64,000 bases of DNA from Clostridia bacterium (GTDB lineage: Bacteria > Bacillota > Clostridia > Christensenellales > UBA1242). The number at the start of each line of letters is the position of its first letter. Position 1 is the first letter of the stretch. Below the pieces are notes generated by a model, which was not told where the DNA came from, ran no database searches, and was given only the letters and a program-made list of their open reading frames with translations. The position numbers and the translations under genes were made by a program. Positions 36,519 through 46,113 of this stretch are shown here, piece by piece. Where the stretch lies: assembly GCA_017541375.1 (NCBI GenBank), contig JAFXZE010000006.1, forward strand, positions 166,125 to 230,124, read 5' to 3'.

Positions 36519-36944
36519 TCAAGAAATAGTTGCATTATTAAGTCGGTAGTGAGTGGCATTATCTATAATATAACTCTCCAAAATGCCCTCGATAGTAATA
36601 ATGCTATTTATAGGTGGATATGAGTTTGATTTTAATACAAATTCGATACTCGCACTACAACAGCCAGTTGAGTCTGTGACTGTAAGTTGATGAATAGCTT
36701 TGTTAGTATTTGTGGTCGTGAAATAAGTTCCTTTTATCTTGATGGTTTTGCCTAGATAATTGTTAGGATTATTTAGCATGTTGGCAGTAATTGTATATGC
36801 TGTGGTTGCGTTTTCATGTGATAAATCAATCCGGTTTTGCTCTGTATCTACATAATTTCCCACACCACCAAGAGCGACTAGTAGAATTCCAAAAATCAAC
36901 AATATTGCGATAGAAGATAAAACAATTTTGACATTAGACTTCAC
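36519..36944 (-). CDS. membrane-anchored hypothetical protein, last gene of the zinc-uptake operon
   Basis: GTG start after SD GAGGT, with an 11-nt overlap with znuB. N-terminal TM anchor and a beta-rich ectodomain with a TGCCSAS motif. Confidence 0.55.
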   Translation of the reverse strand: MKSNVKIVLSSIAILLIFGILLVALGGVGNYVDTEQNRIDLSHENATTAYTITANMLNNPNNYLGKTIKIKGTYFTTTNTNKAIHQLTVTDSTGCCSASIEFVLKSNSYPPINSIITIEGILESYIIDNATHYRLNNATIS

Positions 36945-37797
36945 TCTTACCTCGTAAAGCTAAACCAATGATATAGAAAGCAAAGAAACATAAAATGTCT
37001 ATCACAATAATAGTTGCTCCTACTGGAGTGCTAAGGAGCATGGAACTCAGAATTCCTACAAAAGTACAAACTACTGAAATAATTCCCGAGCAAATGGTAA
37101 CGGACAAAAAGCTCTTGTATACTCGCATAGCCGACAGGGCTGGGAATATTATGAGAGCCGATACGAGTAGAGATCCTACTAGGTTCATTGCTACTACTAT
37201 AACTACTGCGATAATGGTAGCAATTATGATATTATACCATTCAGTTTTTGTTCCACTAGCTTTTGCAAAGTTTTCATCAAATGTTACAGCAAATATTTTG
37301 TTGTAAAACAGTGTGAAAAATGTAATCACACAAACTGATAGAATAATAGATATCCATACATCACTAATAGAAAGGGTAAGAATGGAATATGAGCCAAATA
37401 GGGTGGAGCAGACATCTCCAGAAACATTGGAAGATACATGAAATACATTGAGTAGTAAATATCCTATAGCAAGAGCGCTAACTGATAAAATTGCAATTAG
37501 GGCATCACCGTTGATTTTTTTGTTTTGGCTAGTTTTTAGTAAAATAATTGCACTTAATATTGTGAGAGGTAGTACTAATATGTAGTTGTTAGTTAGTCCT
37601 GTTACTGTAGCTACAGCAAGAGCTCCAAAAGCGGTATGAGATAATCCATCTCCAATGAATGAAAAACGTTTTAATACAAGAGTAACGCCTAAGAGGGAGG
37701 CACACAATGCAATCAATACTCCTACAATGAGCGCATATCTTCCCATAGGTAGCGATAGATAGTAGCCGATAGTTTCAAAAATATTATTCATCGTCAT
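36934..37797 (-). CDS. znuB: metal (Zn/Mn-type) ABC transporter permease
   Basis: 287 aa, 8-9 TM helices, ZnuB/MntB-like. Overlaps both neighbouring genes. Confidence 0.8.
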   Translation of the reverse strand: MTMNNIFETIGYYLSLPMGRYALIVGVLIALCASLLGVTLVLKRFSFIGDGLSHTAFGALAVATVTGLTNNYILVLPLTILSAIILLKTSQNKKINGDALIAILSVSALAIGYLLLNVFHVSSNVSGDVCSTLFGSYSILTLSISDVWISIILSVCVITFFTLFYNKIFAVTFDENFAKASGTKTEWYNIIIATIIAVVIVVAMNLVGSLLVSALIIFPALSAMRVYKSFLSVTICSGIISVVCTFVGILSSMLLSTPVGATIIVIDILCFFAFYIIGLALRGKSEV

Positions 37798-38506
37798 GCC
37801 CTCCTATATGTCCGCCTACATGATGAGTGTTATATTTTTTGTGTAGGTCGCTTTTCTCATATTCAGTTTTTGTACCATAAAATGGTGGATTTGTTGCAAA
37901 GAGGATGTGGCTAGCATCTTTTAGAGCGCATTTTATGTCGTGAGATATCATTATTATTGTTATTCCAGATTGATTTAGACCTTTTATTAGGGCGTACATC
38001 TCTTGTGTGGCTAGAGGATCTAATCCTGTAATAGGTTCATCTAAGAGTAGGATTTTTTGAGCACTACATAGCGCACGAGCTAGTAAAACTCGTTGTTGTT
38101 GACCTCCAGACAACTCCCGATAGCATTGTTTTTCTAGATTAGCTATATTTAGTTTTGCTAGATTAGTTCTGGCTTCTTGTTTTTCTTCCTTGTTATAAAA
38201 TGGTCGAAATTTACATCTATTTTGAAATCCACTCATAACAACCTCCATCACGGTGGCAGGAAAGTCCTTTTGTACAGATGTTTGTTGGGGAAGATAGCCT
38301 ATTTCGTTGCGTGATATGTTATATTCGATAGTTCCCTTGATAGGCGATAATAATCCAAGTATCGTTTTTATTAGAGTGGATTTTCCTGTTCCATTTTCAC
38401 CTACGATGCAGATATAGTCCTTTTCATTTATATCAAAATTTAGGTTTTCTAGGACTATTTTTTTGTCATAGCCTACAGATAGATTCTTTACCTTGATTAA
38501 GTTCAT
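37784..38506 (-). CDS. znuC: metal ABC transporter ATP-binding protein
   Basis: Walker A GENGTGKST, signature LSGGQQQR, Walker B LLLDEP. His-rich tail HHVGGHIGGHDDE. Confidence 0.85.
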   Translation of the reverse strand: MNLIKVKNLSVGYDKKIVLENLNFDINEKDYICIVGENGTGKSTLIKTILGLLSPIKGTIEYNISRNEIGYLPQQTSVQKDFPATVMEVVMSGFQNRCKFRPFYNKEEKQEARTNLAKLNIANLEKQCYRELSGGQQQRVLLARALCSAQKILLLDEPITGLDPLATQEMYALIKGLNQSGITIIMISHDIKCALKDASHILFATNPPFYGTKTEYEKSDLHKKYNTHHVGGHIGGHDDE

Positions 38507-38515
38507 TTTTCCTCC

Positions 38516-39550
38516 TTAATTTAGTGCTTGTTTGATAATATTTAGGTTACTTGCCATCACGCTAAGATATGTTTTATTACTACTTGTGGTGGTATTTTGC
38601 ATAGAATCTATAGTTAGAATTTTTTGATCTTTGTATTTAGTATTTTCTTTGATAGTTTCAGCAATAGTCATTTTATTACCTTGTTTAATAGTGGTTTCCA
38701 GTTGTAAAATCACTTGAATATTTAGTTCATTTATTTTATTTGCTAAATACCAAATCGTATCAAAACTGGCTTCAGTTTCTGATGAACATCCTGAGAATGC
38801 TGCATAATATTTTAAGTTATAATCTTCAATTAGGTATCTAAAAGGGAAGCGGTCACCAAAAATAAGTGTGTTTTTACTGGCTGTAGATGTAAATACAGAG
38901 TATTGCTTGTCTAGCGTGTCTAATTGCTGTATGTAATTTTGTGCCTTTGTTTGATAAATTGATGCATTTGTTTCATCTAATTGGGTAAGAGCAGCCAATA
39001 TTGCTGAAACAAAAGTTTTTGCATTTTTTAGCGATAACCAAACATGTTCATCATATTCTATTTCTGTTTCACCTTCAGCTTCTGAGTGATGTTCTGCATC
39101 AATTTCTGTCTCTGAATGTTGTTCTTCATCTGAATGTTCATGTTCCACTTGCATTCCTTCTTGGATCTCTTCCTTTTTAGCTTTTTCACCAAGCACATCT
39201 AATAGGTTGATAATTTGCATTTTTGGGTTTGTTGAATTCTTTAACGCTTTCTTTACCCAGTTATCAGATTCACCACCGACGTAAATAAACAAGTCTGCAT
39301 TAGTTATTTTTGCAATGTCTGCAAAACTAGGCTGGTAGCTGTGCATATCAGTACCATTATCACATAACAAAGTGATATCAAAGTTTTCTTGTTTTTCACC
39401 GATGATGTTGGTTACCCAGTCATATTCAGGGTAAATTGTGCAGACAATGCTAGTTTTGTTAGTGTCGCTTGATGGGGTGCAACCAGCCCAGAGAGGGGAT
39501 AGTAGCAAGCACATGCAAACTACCATACTACATAAAAAATTATGTTTCAT
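38516..39550 (-). CDS. znuA: zinc-type ABC substrate-binding lipoprotein
   Basis: Lipobox LWAGC, cluster A-I SBP architecture, and an acidic/His-rich loop EHEHSDEEQHSETEIDAEHHSEAEGE typical of ZnuA/AdcA. Confidence 0.8.
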   Translation of the reverse strand: MKHNFLCSMVVCMCLLLSPLWAGCTPSSDTNKTSIVCTIYPEYDWVTNIIGEKQENFDITLLCDNGTDMHSYQPSFADIAKITNADLFIYVGGESDNWVKKALKNSTNPKMQIINLLDVLGEKAKKEEIQEGMQVEHEHSDEEQHSETEIDAEHHSEAEGETEIEYDEHVWLSLKNAKTFVSAILAALTQLDETNASIYQTKAQNYIQQLDTLDKQYSVFTSTASKNTLIFGDRFPFRYLIEDYNLKYYAAFSGCSSETEASFDTIWYLANKINELNIQVILQLETTIKQGNKMTIAETIKENTKYKDQKILTIDSMQNTTTSSNKTYLSVMASNLNIIKQALN

Positions 39551-39942
39551 TTTGTTTTCTCCTTACAATTATTACAGATGCCATATATCACCGTGTCATC
39601 TTTATCGATATCAAAATTTTCAGCTAGTTTTACTTTTTGGGTAATGAGTTTAGCTGCTGAGTCATCAAGATGTGATGTGTGACCACAATTGATGCAAGAT
39701 AGGTGAATATGACCTTTACAATTATTATTATCTAAAAATTGATAAAATATTTTGCGGCTGCCACGTTGGGTGGTTTGGCGAAGTTTGCCCATATTTTTTA
39801 GTTCGGCCAAATTGCGGTACACCGCACTAGGGCTGATATTTTGATTTTTTAGAGCTAGGCTGATATCTTCAGCGCAAAATAGCTTATCTTGGTGTTTATT
39901 TAGATAATTCATTATTAATTCACGTTGTTTTGTCTTGTACAT
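39547..39942 (-). CDS. zur: Fur-family regulator, Zur-like
   Basis: Start moved to ATG 39942 after SD GGAGAAAG. Winged-helix N-terminus plus CKGHIHLSCINCGH and ICNNC metal sites. TGA/ATG overlap with znuA. Confidence 0.75.
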   Translation of the reverse strand: MYKTKQRELIMNYLNKHQDKLFCAEDISLALKNQNISPSAVYRNLAELKNMGKLRQTTQRGSRKIFYQFLDNNNCKGHIHLSCINCGHTSHLDDSAAKLITQKVKLAENFDIDKDDTVIYGICNNCKEKTK

Positions 39943-39955
39943 AACTTTCTCCAAT

Positions 39956-39972
39956 TTGCGAATTATTCGCAA
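39956..39972 (-). promoter_or_regulatory. candidate Zur operator
   Basis: Perfect 8-1-8 palindrome TTGCGAAT-T-ATTCGCAA, structurally like the Firmicutes Zur box TCGTAAT-N-ATTACGA. Abuts the -10 element. Confidence 0.55.
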
Positions 39973-40000
39973 TTTTACTACAAAATATTTTATTTGTCAA
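39972..40000 (-). promoter_or_regulatory. sigma-A type promoter of the zur-znu operon
   Basis: On the minus strand: TTGACA (40000-39995), 17 nt, TAAAAT (39977-39972). Confidence 0.55.
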
Positions 40001-40034
40001 GTAAAAATAAAAAGAGTGAATTTCACTCTTTGAG

Positions 40035-41495
40035 TTAGGAGGTTAGGTCGGATTCTTTTACTGTATAATTAGGGGAAACGCATTCAGTACCTTTTCGGAT
40101 GTATTTTATTGAAATATTGTCACCAGCACGTATAGTAAGAATCAGGTCTCGCATTTCAAAATTTCTGTTGATATTATGTTCTTCATCATTTATAATCAAG
40201 CACACTAGTGTATCATCAGGAGCTAGCCCCCAGTTCGCAGCAATAGAATTAGCTGTTATTTCTTTGACAGCTATAGTTTCTATTATGTTTCCATATCCTT
40301 TAGAGGAGTCGTAAACATAGCGAGAGTCTGTAATTGTGGGGGTAATTCCTAAAAAGATTTTTTTAACGGTGGAGGTATTAGTGCCATCGTAGTAGTATAA
40401 GATATTATCTGTCACATTTTTCACTATGTCAAGAGGGACTGCATAGTTTATGTTTTGGTCTGTTCCGTCTCCAGCATTAGTTATTCCTATAAGTTCTCCA
40501 CGGGAATTAAACAGACCACCTCCAGAACTACCACCATATATGGCTGTATCCATTCTGATAGTTCGGTAATTTCGAGTATTGCCATCTATATTTAGCTGGA
40601 TATATTCATTATCTACGCTAATTACACCTTCAGTCACGCTAATTCCAGCATTTTCAGGATTTCCAATAGCTATTGCAGTTTCACCTACATAATAAGTTTC
40701 CGCCATTGTTACAGCTTTGGCATTAGGATTGATGTTTATCATATCTTCAGTAGGCACTTTCAATATTGCTATATCATGGTCTACAGAACCGCCAACTAGC
40801 GTAAAGTTGAGGGCAAATTGACCATAGTCATATTGTATATATCCATCAGCATTCTTTTCGTCTTGCTTTGGTGTGCCATCACTTCCATATAAATAGCCCA
40901 CTATTTTATGCGCGAAGTTTGAGCCATTATCTTCGTTTACATTAGCACTATACACTACGTGGTAGTTGGTGATTACATAAGTAAAATCATCTTCAATTTT
41001 GTAGATAACTGCCGATCCGCACATTACATTTACTACTTTTTCTTGCCTTACAGTAGGGGGGTAAAACCCGCTCCAAGATGATATAGTGCTCACATCTTGA
41101 GTGGTATAAAATTCGGTATATACTTTTAGGCAAGAAAGCAAACACTCATTTGCTATACGACTATTGTCAGTGGTGGATATGCTGAGATATTTATTCAAAA
41201 ATTCATTGTATTCAATTTCACCATACTCTTCTTTGTATTTTTTTAGGATGTCATCAATAGTGACATCAGACCCATCTTTACCATTTTCTATAGTAATTGT
41301 TGATGATGTGCCATTTGAATAGGTAATAAGGTAATTATTTCCGCCATCAGTAGTTGATTTACTAATACCGGTTACAAATACATTTTCTGTGGTCGGTTGC
41401 GTAGAACAGCCCATCAATAAAAATGGAGTGCTGAGGGCTGCTATTGCGCTAAAAATGAAACCAGATATTTTTTTTCTAAATTTTTTGTCTTTCAT
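40035..41495 (-). CDS. trypsin-like (S1C/HtrA-like) serine protease lipoprotein
   Basis: Lipobox LLMGC. Catalytic triad contexts TNYHVV, DIAILKV and GGSSGGGLF. Confidence 0.75.
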   Translation of the reverse strand: MKDKKFRKKISGFIFSAIAALSTPFLLMGCSTQPTTENVFVTGISKSTTDGGNNYLITYSNGTSSTITIENGKDGSDVTIDDILKKYKEEYGEIEYNEFLNKYLSISTTDNSRIANECLLSCLKVYTEFYTTQDVSTISSWSGFYPPTVRQEKVVNVMCGSAVIYKIEDDFTYVITNYHVVYSANVNEDNGSNFAHKIVGYLYGSDGTPKQDEKNADGYIQYDYGQFALNFTLVGGSVDHDIAILKVPTEDMININPNAKAVTMAETYYVGETAIAIGNPENAGISVTEGVISVDNEYIQLNIDGNTRNYRTIRMDTAIYGGSSGGGLFNSRGELIGITNAGDGTDQNINYAVPLDIVKNVTDNILYYYDGTNTSTVKKIFLGITPTITDSRYVYDSSKGYGNIIETIAVKEITANSIAANWGLAPDDTLVCLIINDEEHNINRNFEMRDLILTIRAGDNISIKYIRKGTECVSPNYTVKESDLTS

Positions 41496-41654
41496 ATGTT
41501 CACCTCAAATTTTTATGTATATATTTTATCACATTTTATTTTTAAAGTAAACAAATTTGGTAATTTTATGTATTATTTATAGGAATCGTGATATGGCTTT
41601 CTAGTTGACAAAGCAAAAAAAATATGGTAAAAGTAATATTACTAGGAGGTAGAA

Positions 41655-42305
41655 ATGAGCTATTACAAAGGAGTTTTGGTTACCATAGAAGGTGGTGACG
41701 GAAGTGGAAAATCAACTCATGTGGAGTTATTAAAGAGTTATTTAGATAGTAAGGGAATTTCATTTTTTGCTACAAGAGAGCCAGGTGGGACGGATTTTTC
41801 TGAGGCAGTTCGGGCTCTTACTAAGGACACTCGTTTTAGTGATAAATCTGAGATAAGTGAATTACTTTTATTTGAGGCTGCTCGAGCCGACATTGTAAAA
41901 AAACGCGTAATTCCCGCATTGGAGCGTGGCGATGTGGTGTTGATGGATAGATTTTTTGATTCTACTACCGCTTATCAAAGTTTTGGACGCGGCATTCCTC
42001 GAGAAGTGGTAGATAATGCCAATTCCATAGCTACATATGGTATAAAGCCCGATATTACTTTTTACATGAGAATAGAGCCTCAAGTTGCATTTGAGCGTCG
42101 TGGCGGGGTAGATTTAAATGACGCTATGGAGATTGCTGGAATGGAATTTCATAAACGAGTTATGCAAGGATTTGATCAAATTGCCAAGGAAAATCCTGAT
42201 AGATTTGTAATAGTAGACACTACGCAAAGTATAGATAATGTTTTTCAAAAAATAGTGTCCAATTTTGAAAAATGTTGGTCAAAACACAACAAAGAAGGGA
42301 AATAA
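41655..42305 (+). CDS. tmk: thymidylate kinase
   Basis: P-loop EGGDGSGKST, DRF motif and lid region. Confidence 0.9.
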   Translation: MSYYKGVLVTIEGGDGSGKSTHVELLKSYLDSKGISFFATREPGGTDFSEAVRALTKDTRFSDKSEISELLLFEAARADIVKKRVIPALERGDVVLMDRFFDSTTAYQSFGRGIPREVVDNANSIATYGIKPDITFYMRIEPQVAFERRGGVDLNDAMEIAGMEFHKRVMQGFDQIAKENPDRFVIVDTTQSIDNVFQKIVSNFEKCWSKHNKEGK

Positions 42306-43267
42306 TGGAAGAGATTTGGGGAAAGTTTACAAATAGCGCTCTATACGCTGATGTCATAAAAAACAGGCTTATTCACACGGTTTTGCTTGTAGGCGAAGAT
42401 AGTTTTGCTGTAGAAAAATTTAGCTTAAACTTAGTGCTTACGATTATGTGTGAAGGAGAGAAAAAACCGTGTCTAAACTGTACCGCTTGTAAAAAAGTAT
42501 TGCATAACAATAATGTGGATGTGTGTTGTTTCCCGAGAGATAGCAAACAGATGAATGTAAAAGAAATCGAGGAGTTTGAAGATCTTGTTTACTCAGCTCC
42601 ATATGAAGCCAATCAACATGTATTTGTATTGAAAAATGCTAATCTCATTGATAAAAACACTCAAAATAAGTTGTTAAAAATTTTAGAAGAGCCTCCAGCC
42701 AACACATACATAATTTTGCAGGCTAGTGAGGAGTATAATATTTTACCCACCATAAAATCACGGGCGCGAATTGTGCGTGTGCCCAAAATGGACGATAATG
42801 AAATTGCTGATGTGTTAAAGGAAACTATAAACGACAATCTGGCGATAACAACAGCCCTGTCATATAGCGATAGTAATTGCGCGAAAGCTCTTCGGTTTGC
42901 TACTGATGAGAATTTTTTGATGTTGGTTCATATTATGGAAGATTTGTGTAAAAACTTTAATCATTCTTCACAGATGTTGAATTATGCAAGTAAGCTCTAT
43001 ACTTTTGCTTCACATTTTGATGACATTTTGGAAATTTTTCTCAATATAGTAGAGCGTGCTATTCGATATTTGTCGGGCAGCAATTCACAAGATGAGTTGG
43101 CTAAAGCAATTGTTATGCAATACAGTGTGAATGCTCTTATTGAGTTTAATAGAGAGTGTCTAAAATTTGAAGAAAGGTTTAAGCGTAATGCTAACGCAAA
43201 TGGGTTGATAGATAGTTTTTTGTTTATGATATTGGAGGTTAGACACAAATGGCCTATTACATTGTAA
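42305..43267 (+). CDS. holB: DNA polymerase III delta-prime subunit
   Basis: Start moved to ATG 42305 (TAATG overlap with tmk). Zinc module CLNCTACKK, LLKILEEPP and SRAR motifs. Confidence 0.75.
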   Translation: MEEIWGKFTNSALYADVIKNRLIHTVLLVGEDSFAVEKFSLNLVLTIMCEGEKKPCLNCTACKKVLHNNNVDVCCFPRDSKQMNVKEIEEFEDLVYSAPYEANQHVFVLKNANLIDKNTQNKLLKILEEPPANTYIILQASEEYNILPTIKSRARIVRVPKMDDNEIADVLKETINDNLAITTALSYSDSNCAKALRFATDENFLMLVHIMEDLCKNFNHSSQMLNYASKLYTFASHFDDILEIFLNIVERAIRYLSGSNSQDELAKAIVMQYSVNALIEFNRECLKFEERFKRNANANGLIDSFLFMILEVRHKWPITL

Positions 43268-44076
43268 AGTTCAATGATGCACGCACTCTAATTTGCGAGA
43301 GTGACGGAGTCATTGAGCCTAATCAGGGTGTGGTTGTAGATTTTGATGGAATAAATGAATATGGAATCGTGTTGCATACTGTAAATCAAGGTGAAGAAGT
43401 GCATTCTATAGTCAGAATAGCTACTACAGCTGATGTTGAGCAAAATAAGCGCATGCTTAGTTTTGTTGAGCAAGATAAAAAGAAAGTTATTGAAAAAGTA
43501 AAAGCTTTAGGAATAGAGCTAAAGCTTATTACTGTATTACGTAGCTTAGATGGTAAAAAAATCTTAGTTATGTACACAGCTGAAGATAGAGTGGATTTTC
43601 GGCAATTGGTACGTGATCTCGCGGGCGTATTTAGGATGCGAGTGGAAATGAGACAAGTAGGGGAGCGTGATAAAGCGCGATTTGTTGGAGGTTGTGGACC
43701 TTGTGGACAAAAATTTTGTTGCACTCGTTTTAATAGTGGCAATAAAATGATATCGGTTAAAATGGCTAAGGTTCAAGGATTATCACTTACTCCCAATAGA
43801 ATAAATGGTGTTTGTGGAAAGTTGATGTGTTGTTTAGAGTATGAGTATGAGCAATATAAAGATATTTTAGCAAAGATGCCTGCCCTAAAAAGCGAAGTTA
43901 CTACTCCTGATGGTAATGGAATTGTAGAATATCACGATTATTTGGGGGAGATGGTTGGAGTGCGATTTAAGGACAACAATGTCCAGAAATATCCCCTAGA
44001 AAAGATTAAGTTTAGTACACAGGCAGTTTTAGACGAAAATGAAGATGAAGATTTATCTGAGATAGTGGATGAATAA
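43249..44076 (+). CDS. ricT: PSP1-domain protein RicT/YaaT
   Basis: PSP1 pattern (..MRQVGERDKAR..GGCGPCGQKFCC..GVCGKLMCCLEYE). Conserved tmk-holB-yaaT synteny. Confidence 0.8.
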   Translation: MAYYIVKFNDARTLICESDGVIEPNQGVVVDFDGINEYGIVLHTVNQGEEVHSIVRIATTADVEQNKRMLSFVEQDKKKVIEKVKALGIELKLITVLRSLDGKKILVMYTAEDRVDFRQLVRDLAGVFRMRVEMRQVGERDKARFVGGCGPCGQKFCCTRFNSGNKMISVKMAKVQGLSLTPNRINGVCGKLMCCLEYEYEQYKDILAKMPALKSEVTTPDGNGIVEYHDYLGEMVGVRFKDNNVQKYPLEKIKFSTQAVLDENEDEDLSEIVDE

Positions 44077-44111
44077 ATAACAAAAAAACACGTGACCAGC
44101 GTGTTTTTTTG

Positions 44112-44303
44112 TTAGAGTTTTTTTACGGCATTATATGCGCCACTAATTACAATATAAGCGCCAATGCCAATAACAAATCCTCCAATAGTTTGATAATTTG
44201 TTAAAGCGGCAATCGCAGATCCCAAAATTACTACACCACAGCCAACAATTTCTGACTTAGACAATTTAATCTTAGGGTCTTTGCGTGTTACAGTTTTAAC
44301 CAT
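44112..44303 (-). CDS. small two-TM membrane protein
   Basis: 63 aa. SD ACGGAGG, TTGACA-17-TATAAT promoter at about 44370-44398, terminator downstream. Confidence 0.45.
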   Translation of the reverse strand: MVKTVTRKDPKIKLSKSEIVGCGVVILGSAIAALTNYQTIGGFVIGIGAYIVISGAYNAVKKL

Positions 44304-44502
44304 ATCATCATCCTCCGTTATCTATCCCTAAAATCTTCTGGCAACCAACCTCCGATTTCGTCCCCATTATATCACAGTAGGGGGTGATTGTCAATACACT
44401 TTTTTAAATTTAATAAAAAAATCACCAATTTTGGGGCGTTTTTGGTGGTTTTTGGGAGAAAAATGAGCAAAAATTGGTGAAATTTGCTCATTTTTTACGA
44501 TT

Positions 44503-46098
44503 TTAGTCAAAAATTGGGTCATCTAGAGGTTGAACAGGAACTGGTGAATCATTTTCAGAAACTGCAGCTGGTTCTGGTGGTGGCGGAGGTGGGGGAACAT
44601 CGAAGATATCGTCCTCAGTAGAAGTGAGTTCTTCACTAATTTTTTGGAAAGCTTGTTGATTTTGGGGTGTGATAGGAGGAGGGGCTGTCGCTTCTAGGCT
44701 GGCAATATTTGCGTCTTTTTCTGTGCTACGGAATGTAGTTGTAGCCCCGTCCCATATGAGAGGAATATCTCCTAGCGCTCCATTACGGTGTTTAGCTAGT
44801 ATTAAGAAGGCTTGTGTAGGATCGAGGCTCGCATCTTTATTGGTATCAGCGTATCTGCTAGGGCGGTGAATAAACATAACGATGTCAGCATCCTGCTCAA
44901 TGGCTCCAGTTTCACGTAAGTCGCTAAGTTGTGGCTTGTGATCTCCTGCTGTACGCTGTTCTACTGCACGTGATAACTGACTGAGTGCGAGTACTGGTAC
45001 ACCTAAGTCTTTTGCCATAATTTTTAAGTTTCGAGAAATATCACTTACTTCTTGTTGACGGCTGTCACCACGATAATTTTTTCCGCTACTCATAAGCTGG
45101 AGATAGTCAATCATTACAAAGTCAAGGCCACATGAAGGATCATTTTTTAGTCTCATACATTTGCTCTTGATTTCGGCTGGAGTGTTATTTGAATTGTCAT
45201 CTATAAATATATTGGCTTCGGCTAGTTTGTTAACTGCCTTTCTAAAATTACGTTGTTCAGTTTCGTTGAGGTCGCCTCTGATAACTTTTTCCATTGAGAT
45301 TGTTTTGCAATATTCTTTTGCTAAACTACAAGCCATCCTACGAGCTAATTGTATGCGAGGCATTTCTAGAGAGAAGATGGCGCATGTTTTTTTGTATTTG
45401 AGGGCGGCGTTTTGCACAAAGTTTACTGCCAAACTTGATTTACCAAATGATGGTCGAGCAGCCAAAATGATAAGATCGCCTTTTTGAAAACCGTTTGTGT
45501 AGTGATCTAGCCCTGGGAAACCTGTAAGCATACCTTTTTTAGCATCAGGATTTTGAAAGCACATTTCAAAGTCTTCGACCACATCTTCAAGGCTATCTCG
45601 AATATGTTCGAGATTTGAAGTATCGTGTGTTTGAGAAATGCTATAGACTAGATCTTCAGCAAAGGAGAGAGACTCTTCGCCATCAGGATTTGAATATGCG
45701 TTTTCTATAATCTCTCCACCGGCATTGATAAGTGAACGTAGGGTTGCGTTGTTTTTTACTATATCTACGTAATACTCAAAGTTTGTCGCTGTGGGGAGTA
45801 CGTTGGTAAGGGTTATGAGATAATTTACTCCACCCACAGTATCGAGTAGCCCTTTACTCTCGAGCTCGCTAGTGAGAATAATATGGTCAAAGTAGGTGTG
45901 ATTTTTCTTGACAAAAAGCTCTTGCATAGTGTCAAAAATAATTTGGTGTTCTTTAGTGTAAAAATCGGTTTTTTTAAGTGATGTAAGAATAGTAGAGGGC
46001 GCATCTTGGCTGATAAGAACGGCACCAAGTACGGCTTGCTCTGCCTCAAAACTAAATGGTAATTTGCGTGCTGACGGTGTCTTTTTGAGTTCAGCCAT
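44503..46098 (-). CDS. dnaB: replicative DNA helicase DnaB with a Pro-rich acidic C-terminal extension
   Basis: N-terminal domain FSFEAEQAVLGAVL, Walker A ARPSFGKSS, IDYLQLM and RecA-like core. An extra tail of about 75 aa follows. Confidence 0.9.
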   Translation of the reverse strand: MAELKKTPSARKLPFSFEAEQAVLGAVLISQDAPSTILTSLKKTDFYTKEHQIIFDTMQELFVKKNHTYFDHIILTSELESKGLLDTVGGVNYLITLTNVLPTATNFEYYVDIVKNNATLRSLINAGGEIIENAYSNPDGEESLSFAEDLVYSISQTHDTSNLEHIRDSLEDVVEDFEMCFQNPDAKKGMLTGFPGLDHYTNGFQKGDLIILAARPSFGKSSLAVNFVQNAALKYKKTCAIFSLEMPRIQLARRMACSLAKEYCKTISMEKVIRGDLNETEQRNFRKAVNKLAEANIFIDDNSNNTPAEIKSKCMRLKNDPSCGLDFVMIDYLQLMSSGKNYRGDSRQQEVSDISRNLKIMAKDLGVPVLALSQLSRAVEQRTAGDHKPQLSDLRETGAIEQDADIVMFIHRPSRYADTNKDASLDPTQAFLILAKHRNGALGDIPLIWDGATTTFRSTEKDANIASLEATAPPPITPQNQQAFQKISEELTSTEDDIFDVPPPPPPPEPAAVSENDSPVPVQPLDDPIFD

Positions 46099-46113
46099 AT
46101 TTCCTCCTAAAAA

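Noticed and set aside
44304-44370. Roughly 65-nt leader (GGGGACGAAATCGGAGGTTGGTTGCC..) upstream of the 63-aa membrane protein, considered as a guanidine-II/mini-ykkC-like or other small riboswitch
   Set aside because: An ACGA tetranucleotide is present, but I could not build the two GC-clamped ACGR hairpins. The downstream gene is not an SMR/EmrE-type transporter, and no other riboswitch consensus fits.
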